Source: Basidiobolus meristosporus CBS 931.73 (taxonomy: Eukaryota > Fungi > Basidiobolomycota). From it: a stretch of DNA of 64,000 bases. Under the pieces are notes generated by a model, which saw only the letters and a program-made list of their open reading frames with translations, was not told the DNA's origin and ran no database searches. Location of the stretch: the NCBI GenBank assembly GCA_002104905.1, contig MCFE01000308.1, positions 33,840-97,839 of the forward strand, read 5' to 3'. Within the stretch, counting starts at the first letter, position 1; every line of letters starts with the position of its first letter. Both the position numbers and the translations under genes were made by a program. Of this stretch, positions 22,501-35,400 are shown in pieces.

Positions 22501-25261
22501 GTGATGCAAGTGATAAACAAATAGAGCAGCTCCTCAACCATGACAGAGAGTTGTGGTTTATCGTACAATGTTGAGCTCGAATTTCCATTGAACCAGTCAA
22601 GCAGTGCGTATCTGTCCACAATGGTCAATATAACCTGGTCGGGGGGTAGAAGCGAAAACGCAGTCTGAACAATCAACAAATCCAGATCAAAGGTGTTTTC
22701 CCTCAAGGATGGATCTAGATATTGCTCTGCCTAGAAATCCATTTCTATTAGAGAACTGCGGCATGCAATGCATTGAGCAATCGAAGTGGGCCAACCCCAT
22801 ACCTGATCCTTGATTTCGAATCCATTTCTAACCCAAATGCCAGCTCGGATCTGGGCCAGTAGGGCGCATACTAAATATGCTCATCCGGTTAGAACTAAAC
22901 ATCACGAATGTGGATCAATTGCAGCTACTTTACCTCTGATAGGATGGTCAAATATCAACAGCAAATCCTTTGTGTCTTCACCCGAGGCTATTTCGGCAGG
23001 AATGCCGCTTTTGACGAGATCAAACAACGATGTCCAGCTGTATTTCGCAAGCGTTTCCTCTTTCAAACACTGGACGTTCTCCAACAGGTGTCCTAAGAAC
23101 CAGTGCAGAGGATGATGGAAAGAGACCGACTGGCTGTCCACCTGAAAGTCCAGGATGGTTATCCCCCTCTCGGACTTGAAGCTAGGCGGAGAATAGGCAG
23201 AATCCCTGGGGCGAGGGAAGGTCACCCAGGAGGAGATCTGGGTGACAATGCGTAGTATGGCATCTCCCAAGGTTTTCCCATCGTGTCCGTAGCAGCCAGC
23301 GAAATGTCGGTTGAGTTCGGCAAGATAGAGTGTGGCATTCATGGCGTTCTCGGCAACCTCCGTTTCGAACTCCACATGCTGGTCGATGTATCGCTTGGTT
23401 GGATTCATTCCCTGGAATATGGAAATGAAGTCGATGTATTGCGACAGAAACAACGGCTGGTGGGGTACAATCGATTTGACGTTTTCCGAGCAGGTAAGAT
23501 ACCGAAAGTCGTCAAATATATGGAAATACTTGCGACTGCTCATAGCAAGCGACTCACAATTGACCAACGCACCCATGGTATCAATCTCTATCTCCGGAAG
23601 AATCTCGCCTCGAAGGAAATAGGAACGTAGTATTGTCAGCACGGTGGTGATGAAGCTGTATTCGCGCACAAGCATTGCAGAGAGCGTAGGCACAGTGAAG
23701 ATCTGGACTGTGAACAGCATGATGGATTCTTCGAGCTCTTGGTCATATATCAGGAAGTTTTCGCAAAGTTTCGTGTATACGACGGCGAATCTGGCGGCTA
23801 CAAAATTTCCACTTGGTTAGAATGGGCGTGATAGTTGTCAATGGAGATTCCCAGGCTTACCAATAAATTTCTTGAGCTCCGGGGCGTTCGCAAACAGCGA
23901 AACATAGAATTCCCTCAATGTGACTTTGGCCTCTTTCCACAAGCATGCGTCATACAGTAGTAGCTGGTCGAATCTGAGAATCTCCTGGGAGACGAACGTT
24001 GAAACACCTAGTATTTCCTTAATGTTCTCGGGCTTTTTTTCCCATGAATTTCCAAGTTCATCGCCAACAATCTGGATCAATGAATCGGAGACTTTACCAT
24101 GGTAGGCACTAGTGATTTCGCCACGTCGAGCTGAGCATAGTTCCTTTAGCCAGTCTATTAGCATGCCGGTAACTTCTTCACGAAATGTATCTCGGCCAGA
24201 TCGAATTGTAACATGCAAGTCAATAGAGGATAGTGATGAAGCAACATTTATTAAATGATCAATATCCGTTGATATAACAACTATCGCCCGCCCCTAGATT
24301 TGATACACCAACATTGTTAGCAACGTATAGCAAAGTATATGCTGGGTTAAAGACTTACGTGACTATTGGCCTTGTTGGCAATTCGGGTGGCCTCCTTGGT
24401 GGAGTATCCTGTGGCCTTCTGAATTTGCTCAATTACTTGATCGAAATTGTGCGTTTCATCATTCCAAAGGACACACGCGTAGGTGGTTTGCTCAACCTCC
24501 TCTTCTGAAATGTATTGACCTGATGTCGAGGCTTCCCTTCTGATACCCTCGGCACTGAAGTCTTGACTGTGCCACCTCGTTGGTGAGAGCAGGCAAGTCT
24601 CCAATATAAAGTCCAGGACAGTAGCAATCGTCTTACGCATTGCGACTAACAAATCTTCTGGGATTGAGGGATTCGTATCGAGTTCAGATTCTGTCGATGA
24701 CTTATCGTCAGAGGACTCGTAATCAGGAGAGTGGTATGCGCAGTGCAGAGGAACTTTCCAAGCTTCGAAATCACCGCAATCACAGCACCCGCCAGAGCCG
24801 GAATTGATGGAAAAATTTGTATCATGATCCTGGTGGTCGGTAGCTTGAAAGCATCTTGCGCACAGCACGCAGGTATCGTCCACTCCGCAAGTTCTGGAAT
24901 TACAGAAGGCAACCGTTATTAGCGACGTATTTTTAGCGAGTTACACGGGTAGATCGGATGCTTACCTGCACCAGTAAATGGCTTCACCCTTTCTAAAGAT
25001 ATGTCCGCACGGCTTCCCACGATGGCTTTCAGAGTACTTGTTGTCGTTTTCGCAATAATCACTCAGGAAAAGATCATCCTTGTCAGGGAACAGTGCCTCT
25101 TGATACTCATTATTATTTGCGCAGAGAGAAGTCAAAAAGGCACTGAGGAGTTCTGATTGAGCGGCAGGAGTAAGAATGTAATTGTGGAGATGCGAAGCTT
25201 GGCGTAAGTATTGAGACAAGGACAAATCATGGCTCAGCTTTGAACACGCGGACGATTCCAT
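19508..25261 (-). CDS. UBR1: E3 ubiquitin-protein ligase UBR1 (N-recognin), multi-exon
   Basis: UBR box (CGHIFRKGEAIYWCR / CVLCARCF..H..H..GGCCDCGD..W), ClpS-like domain (LWNDETHNFDQVI), RING-like CIVC..SCGHLMHQHC..CPLC, C-terminal APYLDVHGEVDPGL-RGRPLFL..RY. Confidence 0.95.
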
Positions 25262-25833
25262 GTGATTGTGCTCAATACTATAAAGATATTTGAATGCGTT
25301 ACGGCCACTGATATAGTCGATATGTTGGTAGATTCAGTACTCTAATAAAGCATGAAATAGAAGGTATCTGAGAGACTGTAGGATGGCAACGGTAGAAAAG
25401 CAGATTTTAGAGGAAGAGCTAAAACTACTACTAATATCTGGTGTTGAACCCAAGAAACAACAGTTGATCAGAAACCAGCGCCAAGTGATCAAGCATGCTT
25501 ATATAGGAATGATTGTATATATATAACTTGACAATTGTTTACCCATTCAGATAGGTTGAATTCAATGCAGATGGCAAGTGAAAAAAATCGATTGGAAAAT
25601 TGATACCAATACCAAGGAAGGCCCATTGGAAAATCGAGGGTAAAAATAACATGCGAGGTGATACTAGCCAGACTCACCCAGTCGCACAAATATTGAGTGG
25701 CCAGACTATTTAAGTCGAAGTGGCAATTATCAGGTGTATATTTTTGTATGATCATCGCCTCTATTCAATATGGAACTGCTACATTAAATCCACTGCGAGC
25801 TGAATAGCTGGCCACCAGGCCGTAAGTTACATA

Positions 25834-25911
25834 GGTAGATGGGTAGATTGGTAGATGGTAGATGGTAGATGTGCTGATGGGTGGACGGATGGACGGGTGG
25901 ATGGGTGGATG
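25834..25911. repeat. Degenerate GGTAGAT / GGAT(G) simple repeat upstream of UBR1
   Basis: ggtagatgggtagattggtagatggtagatggtagatg...ggatggacgggtggatgggtggatg. Confidence 0.8.
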
Positions 25912-28223
25912 AGTCAGTTGTTCGAGGCGCAGTGGGGAAGCTCACCCTCGATGTTATTTGCAGACTGGTGATCCAGACAGCCTATGAAACCCACCCAGCG
26001 GATGTATGGATGTAACTTGGATGCAAGGCGCGGCTCAGCAATCTAAAGGGCAGCACTCCGTTTGATGTCCAACGGCTTCCCATTTGGACCACAGTCGGAT
26101 GCATTTGGTAGCTGCTATCAGCCGGATTTGGCTACCCCAGAGACGTAGATGCTTGGTCCAATTAGCATTCCGCCACAACCAGACATAATATATCGGTGCT
26201 ACCTACCTACAATGCTAGGATTTGAGGGATGGTTTAGTTTGTGCGCCAAGTAGAGATCGCATATATGCTGATACTCGACCCAGATGGCCCGCTATCAAGG
26301 GATCCTAACTTCCAACATCCTGCTCTGTCAGCACTGCCCGTCCACCAGTCTAATCCACCATCACCAGCCTGAGTAACCTTGCAGTGGGTTTCCCTTTTGG
26401 TATCACTCGCCAACCATTGTCGAATTGCATTTGAATATGGAAACATGCTCACCCACCAATGATCGCAAGATGCAAAATGAGCCCAGTACTCCATTGGGTT
26501 CTGAAGTCCATTGATGTTCCGAGATCATCGGTTGATCTCGAGGATATATGAGCATTCTGTCAATACAGATCCTCTGGAAACAACGCCTACTGATGGCGGA
26601 CAACACAGCATGGAGAAGGGAAACGCTTGGTGCATTGGCATGGCACACCGCATGTAGCACAGCTACCCGTAACCCAATGTGGTATTTTTGGATGGCGGTG
26701 CGGCAGAGACTTGGGAGTGTGTTTAATGGGAAGCATTTACATTTGATTTGGCTGAACGAAACTTGCCTATCTTACCCAAATAATCGACATTGCAAGGGCC
26801 ATTTGGGGTCATTTGATGGGTTCGGAAGGGTATTTTGTAAATAGCCATATATGCTAATCTTATCTCTATCACTCTACAGCCTGGCTCTTGCATCAAGCTC
26901 GCGGCCTTTTATGCTACTACCAATTACCTATGGCCTCTGGCTGAATATGAAGTAGTGGGCTCGTTGTCCCAAAACTATGGAATTCCCCAGCGAATTAAGT
27001 AATCCCTACCTTGGTTCTGAGTGGCAGAACATTGCTTTTTATATTTCGTTAGCACGGAAACCATGCAACTACTGTAACGGGTTTTCTACACCCATGTTCT
27101 AGACTGCGATGAAAATCATCGTATTGTCCTTTTTCAACACGTACTATGCAGGTAGAAAAAGGGATTTGGTTGTTTACTTTTGCTTGTTGATGTGGCTGGG
27201 ATAAATGGGGAGCCAGTACCTTCGGTAGCGCTCTGCGAAACCCAATGGTTGCATTTCGGCACAGGCTGTGACAGCTTGTGGAAGGAAGCATACAACAATA
27301 GGTGGCCTCACACCAAACCTCAATAGCTCAACGCAATTAGCAAACCATCCAAGATATTACCAAATTCAGCTTGATATCGGAGCATAGAGTTAAATCATCT
27401 TGGTAATTGGCTTCGTTACTATTTGGAGCACTTGCATGCAACAATTAGCCATTTACCATGTTTTGGCCACCAGAGTGTCCATGTTTGCAGCTTATTGGCT
27501 TGCTCAATATCGGAGTAATTTCGGCAGCATCATTGATCAACTCTGAATTGCCTGCGCTGGTTGCAAATAATAAGTCATTCATGTACTACGATTTCACGTT
27601 AATATCGTAGAAATCAATCATGGAAGATCTTTTCATCAATTCTTTGGAAGATTGAAATGATCGAATAGAACATGCTGCACCTGGGATCCTTGGGAGAGCC
27701 TCGAAAATTTTCAAAGGCCTTGCATCTTACTTCTTGACATATAAAGGTCAATGAATAGTTTAATACTCCCCTTTGGATGACTTAGGGACTTGGGAGTACT
27801 TGGTGGTACAGGAAGAAAGGTATACTATCTTCTTACTGATCTGTTGTGCTTTAGTAAGTAGTTGCACCCAGCAATATATATATTTTTGGGAATTCAATGA
27901 TCCAAGAAATTAGCTAATATGTAAGCAACCAAACTTGGAGTCTTAGCACTCCAGTATAGATAGCTTCTTTGTTATCTTGAAGCATTAATATTCTACCTAT
28001 ACATTGTTGTTTAGGAAATGAGTGCTGTTGATAACTTTGTACTTACACTTAGTTAGTTTCCTGGACTCTGCTCTATAAGCCCAATTATTTCATTATCAAT
28101 GACGCTGTTGAAACTGACTCAGAGCATTTTCTACCAACATTCCCAGTATCCAGTGCTGTGCATTTTGTAATCATGCCCAAGTATTTCTATTATATCGGTT
28201 TCTATAAATCTCAAACTTGAGAA

Positions 28224-29274
28224 TGTTGTAAAAATTTGGAATTCCACCTAAATACTTACCTTAGTCACTTAGAATGTCACCTACAGATTCTAGAGAATAC
28301 TGACCAAATTCCTTGTTGGGATTTACTTGGAATATTTTCACCAAAGTATCAAGTACTTATAAGATGAGAATTTTCAAAGCTGTCCAAGCAGCCCCAAACT
28401 TTGCACACATGTTCTTGGGGCCTTTCAAAGCCTATTTGACATGTTTGCTAAGCCAAGGCCATGTAAAAGTATAAATACTACTTTGACATTCAATAAATCA
28501 TTGAGTGAAAACCATATAATCTACTTGTTCTCCCAGTCACTTTCAATATCTCCAAGATGTTGTAGAATTTGCCACTCCACCTAAATTTTCACCTAACTTA
28601 TTCACTTAGATTATTACCTACAAATCCTAGAGAGTACTGACCAAACTCCTTGTCAGGATTTACTTAGAGTATTTTCACCAAAATATCAGGTACCCAGAAC
28701 ATTAAAATTCTCAGAGTTGTCCAAATAGTGCCAAACTTTGCACATATGCTCTTGGGACCTTATTAAGTCTATTCTTTATGTTTGCTCTGCCAAGATCATG
28801 TAAAAGTAGTAACACTACCTTTACATTAAAAATGTTGTAATTATTGAATTGTCACCTAAATATTCATGCTAACTTAGTCACATAGATCTTATTCTGTGAT
28901 TAGCATTCTGTCCTGACTAGATTTCTTGTCGGGATTTACTTAGAATATTTTCACCAAATTGTCAGGTACCCAGATTATTATTTTTCTCAAAGTCGTCCAA
29001 AAGACCCCAAACTTTGCACACATATTCTTGGGACCTTCCTTAACAAACTCTACACGTTTGTTTCCTCTACTTTATCAAAAGTATAAATACCATACTTTTG
29101 ATCAATAAATCTACAAGTGAATAACATGTAAATCTTCTAGTTCTCCACATCACTTCCAATACTCCTCAGAATATTGCAACAAAAAAATCCTTCAGTGAAA
29201 ACTACATAATCTAATTATTTTCCCAATTACTTTTAATATCTCCAAGACTCCTACAGCACAAGACTCTTAAAACA
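28224..29274 (+). mobile_element. Three nested family-A copia LTRs (~345-349 bp each)
   Basis: LTR3 (28833-29181) is flanked by AAAAA/AAAAA inside LTR2 (28558-29258), which is flanked by CAAGA/CAAGA inside LTR1 (28224-29274). Confidence 0.88.
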
Positions 29275-29520
29275 GGCTACAAGCTCCAAGCTGTCACTCT
29301 CTGCAATGTCCACTACTGCTATTTTTGGAATTCTTCCCTCTGCTGAGAAGTTGGACGGATCAAACTACCAAATGTGGAAGGTAAAGATGAAGATGCTGCT
29401 ATAAGAAGGATGCCTTTGGGATATTGTTATGGGAGAAGAATGCCCTCCTATAAATGTGGGAAAGGAAGCCTTAAGGTACCAGGCAAAGGAACAAGGGGCC
29501 ATTAACTGCATTTGCCTTAA
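29275..29520 (+). mobile_element. Copia family A degenerate PBS and gag 5' stub
   Basis: GGCTACAAGCTCC PBS-like sequence, then ...SAEKLDGSNYQMWKVKMKMLL* homologous to the gag at 29977 and 36422-36760. Confidence 0.8.
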
Positions 29521-29598
29521 TCCCTATGAAAAATCATTGTGATGATCCTGCCAAAAGGCTGTCACAAATTTAAAGTCCCATGACTAAGAGGTATTGAT

Positions 29599-30476
29599 TG
29601 TTGTAAAAACTTGTAATTCTACCTAAATATTCACCTAACTTGGTCACTTTGATCATTATCTTCAAGTCCCAGGGAATACTGACTAAATTCCTTGTTGGGA
29701 TTCACTTAGAATATTTTCACCAAAATACCAGGACCCAGAACATGAGCTTTTTCAAAGTTGTCCAAACAGCCCCAAACCTTGCACACATGTTCTTGGGACC
29801 TTCCTTAGCCTATTATACATGTTAGTTATGCCAAGATCATGTAAAAGTATAAATACTACTTTACATTCAATAAATCATTGAGTGAGAACCACATAATCTA
29901 CTTGTACTCCCAATTACTTCCAGTATCTCCAAAACTCTTACAACAGGTTATGGGCACCAAGCTGTAACTCTTTGCAATGTCTACTCCTACTACTACTGGA
30001 ATTTTCCCCTCTGCTCAAAACTTGGATGGATCTAACTACCAAGTGTGGAGGGTGAAGATAAATATGCTGCTACAAGAAAGTGGCCTTTGGAATATTGTCA
30101 TGGGAGAAGAATACCCTCCTAAAAACATAGGAGAGGAGGCCTTAAAGTACCAAAAAAAAGAATATAGTGCTCTTAGCTGCATTTGCCTTAATGTTAAAGT
30201 CAAATTGCTAATTCTATGCTCAAGAGCAAAAATGGCAAGAAATGCCTGGAAAGCATGAGAAGACACTTACCAGTCATGTTCAGCTGCTAAGAAAATGTAT
30301 CTGAGACAAAAGTCCTTTACTACAAAGATGCAGCCAGGAGAAGAATGGAAAATTCTAATCAACAGAATTACCCTGCTGGTAGATGAGAAGGAATTGGTGG
30401 GCAAACCAACTATTGATGAGGATGCAATAGTCACCATCCTGAATAGCCTGACAGACAAGTCTCAGGGCCTTGTATC
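29599..30476 (+). mobile_element. Copia family A 5' LTR (29599-29945), PBS and truncated gag
   Basis: TGTTGTAAAA...CTCTTACAACA LTR; PBS GGTTATGGGC at 29946; ORFs 29977 and 30295 are copia gag N-terminus (NYQVWRVKINMLL, AWKA, MYLRQKSF). Confidence 0.88.
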
Positions 30477-30634
30477 TTTTGTAAAGACTTATAATTCCAC
30501 CTAAATACTTGCCTAACTTAGTCACTTAGATCATTACCCTCAAATCCTAGAGAATACTGACTAAATTCCTTGTTGGGATTTACTTAGAATATTTTCACCA
30601 AAATACCAGGTACCCAGTACATGAAAATTCTCAA
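30477..30634 (+). mobile_element. 5' half of a family A LTR, broken after AATTCTCAA
   Basis: Matches the LTR consensus up to CATGAAAATTCTCAA, then switches to unrelated sequence. Confidence 0.85.
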
Positions 30635-32183
30635 TAACTCTGTTCTGAGCTGATGTGCAGGCAAGCAAACAAGTTCTCCAGGAGGCAACTAGGCAAACTA
30701 GCATCATACCAAATTTGGTAATTAGCTGCCCATTACTTCCATCAAAATTGCATTTGAAATTTTGAACCAAAAACACCAGCTGAATAGCAGCAAAATACCT
30801 TTTGAATACCAGCAGAGTACCAGCTAAAAATGAGATGGATTCCAGGTCTGAAATTTTTCATAGGGTATTGAGTGCAATGATGAAGAGTGGGCTAATATTC
30901 CAGAGGCCATTAGAAGTCTACCACACCAACACCTTGAGGCCAGCATACCAAGGGACCATCAGGAACTCAAGGCTAAGCAGAATGTGCTTGACCTGTTCCA
31001 TGAGCATTATCCTGGACACAAACAAGCAAATGGAGTTGGGCCAGCATTGGTATGCTAAGAAAGTATCTCAAGAGTAGCAGAAACTACCAAAAGCAAATGG
31101 CTGAAAACCAGTAGCTTCCTGAAAAGCCTGTTACAAGCAGTCCAAAAGCTCAAATCATGCATCAAAGAGACATCTGGTAGCTGGAAGAGTGCCAATAAGG
31201 GACAATCAGGCAGACATAGATGCACCAGCTCAACATTTATCAAGGAAAAGGCATAGTTCCACTCAAGAAGCACTCAGTCCAAGTAGCAGAGAAGGACCTG
31301 GCAGTGATGAGAACCAGCAGCTACCTCAGGAGCCTGGCACAGCATGAGCCAAGAGCTCAGAACAAGCAGGAAAAAAGTGTTGTGTTACCTGAAGAGTGCC
31401 ACCTGGGGACAAGTAGGTCAGAGCAGATGCATCAGAGTAGCATTTATCAGGGGAAAATGTTGTCCAATACAAGAAGCACTCCAGCAAAGTGGCAGTAAAA
31501 GACTTGCCAGTCATAAAGGAAAAGGTAAAGGGAAAAGAGCCTACCTAAGCCAGAGACAGGGAAGTGTGAGAAAAAAGCTGCTGTTCTCACCAATTAGCAC
31601 TGTTAGCTCAGAACAGACTGAATCCCATCAAGGCTAAGAGAATTATCAACAAGAAAACAGCTGTTTTCACAAGAGTTGGAAGTGCAGCCAGTTGATCTAT
31701 ACTCTAGTGAGGTAGATGAGTTTGTAGAGAAAGGCAATCCATCTACCACAGCCCCCACATCCTCTGCTTTTGACAGAGTGGAGATCTCACCACAGACAAA
31801 GTAACTACATCAAGAACTCAAAAGGTTGTCACAATGCCTCAGTGGAATTTTGGATCTTTAATAGGCATACCAAGAGGTTGCAGCACTTCTTAAAGAGCAG
31901 TGCTCAAGAAAACACACTTGAGTATTGCAAGGATTTATTACAAAGACTGGCAAATGAGGTGCTAGACCTTGCAAAGCCAGCTGAAGACCAGGACATATGG
32001 ACACCAGTGAATGAACAGTGGCATAAAGCTGTAGGGTTCCTGCCAAAGTCATCAGAACAGAGCTTTACAGCAGAAATACTTGTTGAGCATGGGGCTTGGC
32101 ATAATGTTAGTGTAGGGTATAGGGACTTGTATAGGTCAATACAATTGGCAGTTGAGGTACAACCAAAGTTTCAGTGGAAATAA
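30635..32183 (+). pseudogene. Decayed ORF of unknown, probably transposon, origin
   Basis: Protein-like stretches interrupted by stops (DEEWANIPEAIRSLPHQHLEASIPRDHQELKAKQNVLDLFHEHYPG; 137 aa ORF at 31770); CpG-depleted like the surrounding TEs. Confidence 0.35.
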
Positions 32184-32441
32184 ATGAATTTGTTGGCATG
32201 AAAAATCAGAGAAATGGTTGAGTCAGGAAGTAAGCAGTGTGACAACAAGGCAATAGCCAGTCAATGCACACAAATGTAGGAGGTGATAGAGTGTACAGTA
32301 TCAGAGAGTGAGAAAATTGGCAGAGAACCAATCAAAAGCCACTTTTGTTTTGTGGTGATAATACTTTTAACTATGTTTTTTGTGAAATATGGGGTTCAAT
32401 TATTTTTTGATGGTCTTGGCACAGTGTACTGATGGAATCAG

Positions 32442-35400
32442 TGTTGTAAGAGTCATGAAGATCTTGGAAGTGATTGGGAGGTCAAGTAGATTTTGTGGTT
32501 TTCACTTAATGATTTATTGAATGTAAAAGTAATATTTATACTTCTACATGGTCTTGGCATTACAAGCACATAGAATAGGTTAAGGAAGGTCCCAAGAACA
32601 TGTGGGCAAAGTTTGGGGCTGTTTGGACAACTTTGAGAATTTTCATGTCCTGGGGACCTGGTATTTTGATGAAAATATTCTAAGTAAATCCCCAGAAGGA
32701 ATTTGGTCAGTATTTTCTAGGATTTGAGGGTAATGATCCAAGTGACTAAGTTAGGTGAAAATATAGGTGGAATTTACAAATTCTTACAACACTCCCACTG
32801 AGCTAAATGTTCATACTAACTAGTCCTAACTTTGACCCAAGATATTCAAGCTTGTCTCTAGCTAATGGTTTGACAAATATGTCTGCAATCATTTCATCTG
32901 TAGGACAGTAAGCTAAGCTAGCTAAGCTATTCTCTATAGCTTCATATATGAAATGATTTCCATAATCTATGTGCCTAGTTCTAGCATGCAAAGTTGGATT
33001 TCTACCTAGTTGTATACATCCTTGGCTATCTTGATATAAAGTAATAGGCATTTTTTAACATAGGCCTAAATCTGTAAAAAGCTTTCTTAACCACATTGCT
33101 TCTTTTGTAGCTTCACAGGCTGCCATGTACTCTGCCTCTGTGGTATAAAGTGCTACAGTTGGTTGCTTTCTTGAATTCCATGAAGTTGCTCCTTTACAGT
33201 AAAGAAGGTGTATCCTGTAGAGGATCTTCTGTCTTCCAAATTTTGTCCCCAATCAGCATCAGAGTATCCCACAAGATCCTGTTCTGAGTCCTTATAAGTG
33301 TATCTTAAGCAGATATCAGCAGTTCCTTTTAGGTACCTAAAAATCCACTTAACTGCTGCAAAATGATCAGATTCATATTTCTGATTATGTTGGCTGACAA
33401 CTCCCACTGAATATGAGATATCTGGACATGTTCCAAGCATTATATACATCAGGCAGCCAACTATAGATTGATAAGGAAAGTCAGGGCTTTCACACGGCAC
33501 CAGGCTCTCTTGATTTGGTTGAATTTTGACCAAGTTAAGATATGTCTCCATTGGGGTAGCTGCCGGTTTACAGTCTTCCATTTGGTACTTCTTTAGTATA
33601 TCTTGAGCATACTTGGACTTGCTTAGGGTAATAGTCTGGGTACATTTGTCTATGGAGAACCTAATCCCTAAGTAGTAACTGAGTTCCCCTTGATTGGAAA
33701 TCTTGAACTTCTTAGAAAGGCTGGATTTAGTCTCTTCCAATGTTTCTAGGTTATTGGTGGCTATAATAAGATCATCCACATATAGAGCTAGTAGACCTGG
33801 ATTTGCTCTATCTGGCTTACAGTATATACTATAGTCAGCATTACTCCTTTTGAAACTCAAAGATTCCAAATAAGAATCTATCTTGCAATTCCAGGCTCTT
33901 GGTGATTGTTTGAGACCATGCAGTGACTTTTTAAGCTTGCAGACCAAATAAGGGTTATCTTGGTCAACAAACCCATCAGGTTGGTCCATATACATATCCT
34001 CATCAAGTTCTCCATTCAAAAATGCAGATTTTACATCCACTTAATGAATAAAAAACCTATATTTGGCTGCAATAGCCAATATTAATCTGATGGAATTAAA
34101 CTTAGCTAACGGTGCAAAGGTCTCAATATAGTCAAGTCCTTTTGTTTGAGACTATCCTTTGGCCACAAGTCTTGCTTTGTATCTTTCAATTGTACCATCA
34201 GCCTTGTATTTTGTCTTGAAGACCCATCTGCATCCAATTGATTTTTGATTGATTGGTAATTTGACTATGACCCAAGTTTGATTTTCCATCAGGGCCTGAT
34301 ATTCCTCAGTCATTGCAGATCTCCAAACTTTGTCTGAGGGCTATTTAGGGCCTCTTTTATAGTCTGGGGCTCATTAATATGGACTGAATAGGCATAGGCT
34401 AAGTTTGTACCCTCAACTATATAGTAATTTGGGCTATTTCTTGTCCAATTTGATCTCCAGGCATTTAATACTGGAATGATCACTTCTGGGATATTCCAGG
34501 ACACTGATTCTAGCTGAACCATGGTTGTAGAGTCCTCTGGAGTGAAAAAATTTCCATTGTTTTGCTCTGATTCAATGCTGATAATTGGTGGACTTGAGAT
34601 CAGATTTTTGTCATCATCTAATGTCATTATTTGTGAAAATTTGGAATTTTCATCACACAACACATCCCTGGACTTAATTAGCTTCTTTGCTTTGATATTG
34701 TAGAATCTTTATGCTTTACTCTCACTGCAGTAGTCCAAAAATACGCATTTTACACTTTTGGCTCAAATTTTGATTGATTTCCAGGCAGTTTCTTGGCTTA
34801 TACTGTACATCCAAATATTCTTGGATGTTTTGCACTGTGTCTGTACCCATACCATGCTTCAAATGGAGTAGAATCACAAAGTATTCTGCTATCACTCCTA
34901 TTTTTAAGATATACAGCAGTGGCAACTAATTCTGCCCAAAAATCATTGGATAATTTTTGATCATGGATCATAGATCTTGCCATATCAATTATTTATCTGT
35001 TAGCACATTCTGCTACTGCATTTTGCTGTGGGGAGTAAAGTACTGTAGTCTCTTGCTTTATCCCATGAATTTTGCAGAAGTGGATGAAGAGTTTTGAGGT
35101 ATATTCTCCACCATTGTCAGAGCATATTTTCTTGGTTTTCTCACCAGCTTCTCTCTCCACCATGGCTTTAAACTCCCTGAGCTTAGACAGAGCTTCTTCC
35201 TTTCTCTCCATGAAGTAGACCCATGTGTATCTTGTATAATCATCAATAAAAGTGATTGAATACTTCATCCCACCTAAGGATAAATTTTGCATAGGTCCAC
35301 ACAGATCTGAGTGAATTAGATCTAATTTTTTCTTAGTTTTGATTAACCCAGAGCACTTGAACAGTTGTCTGGCTTTTTCCCATGTATGCAGGCTTCAAAG

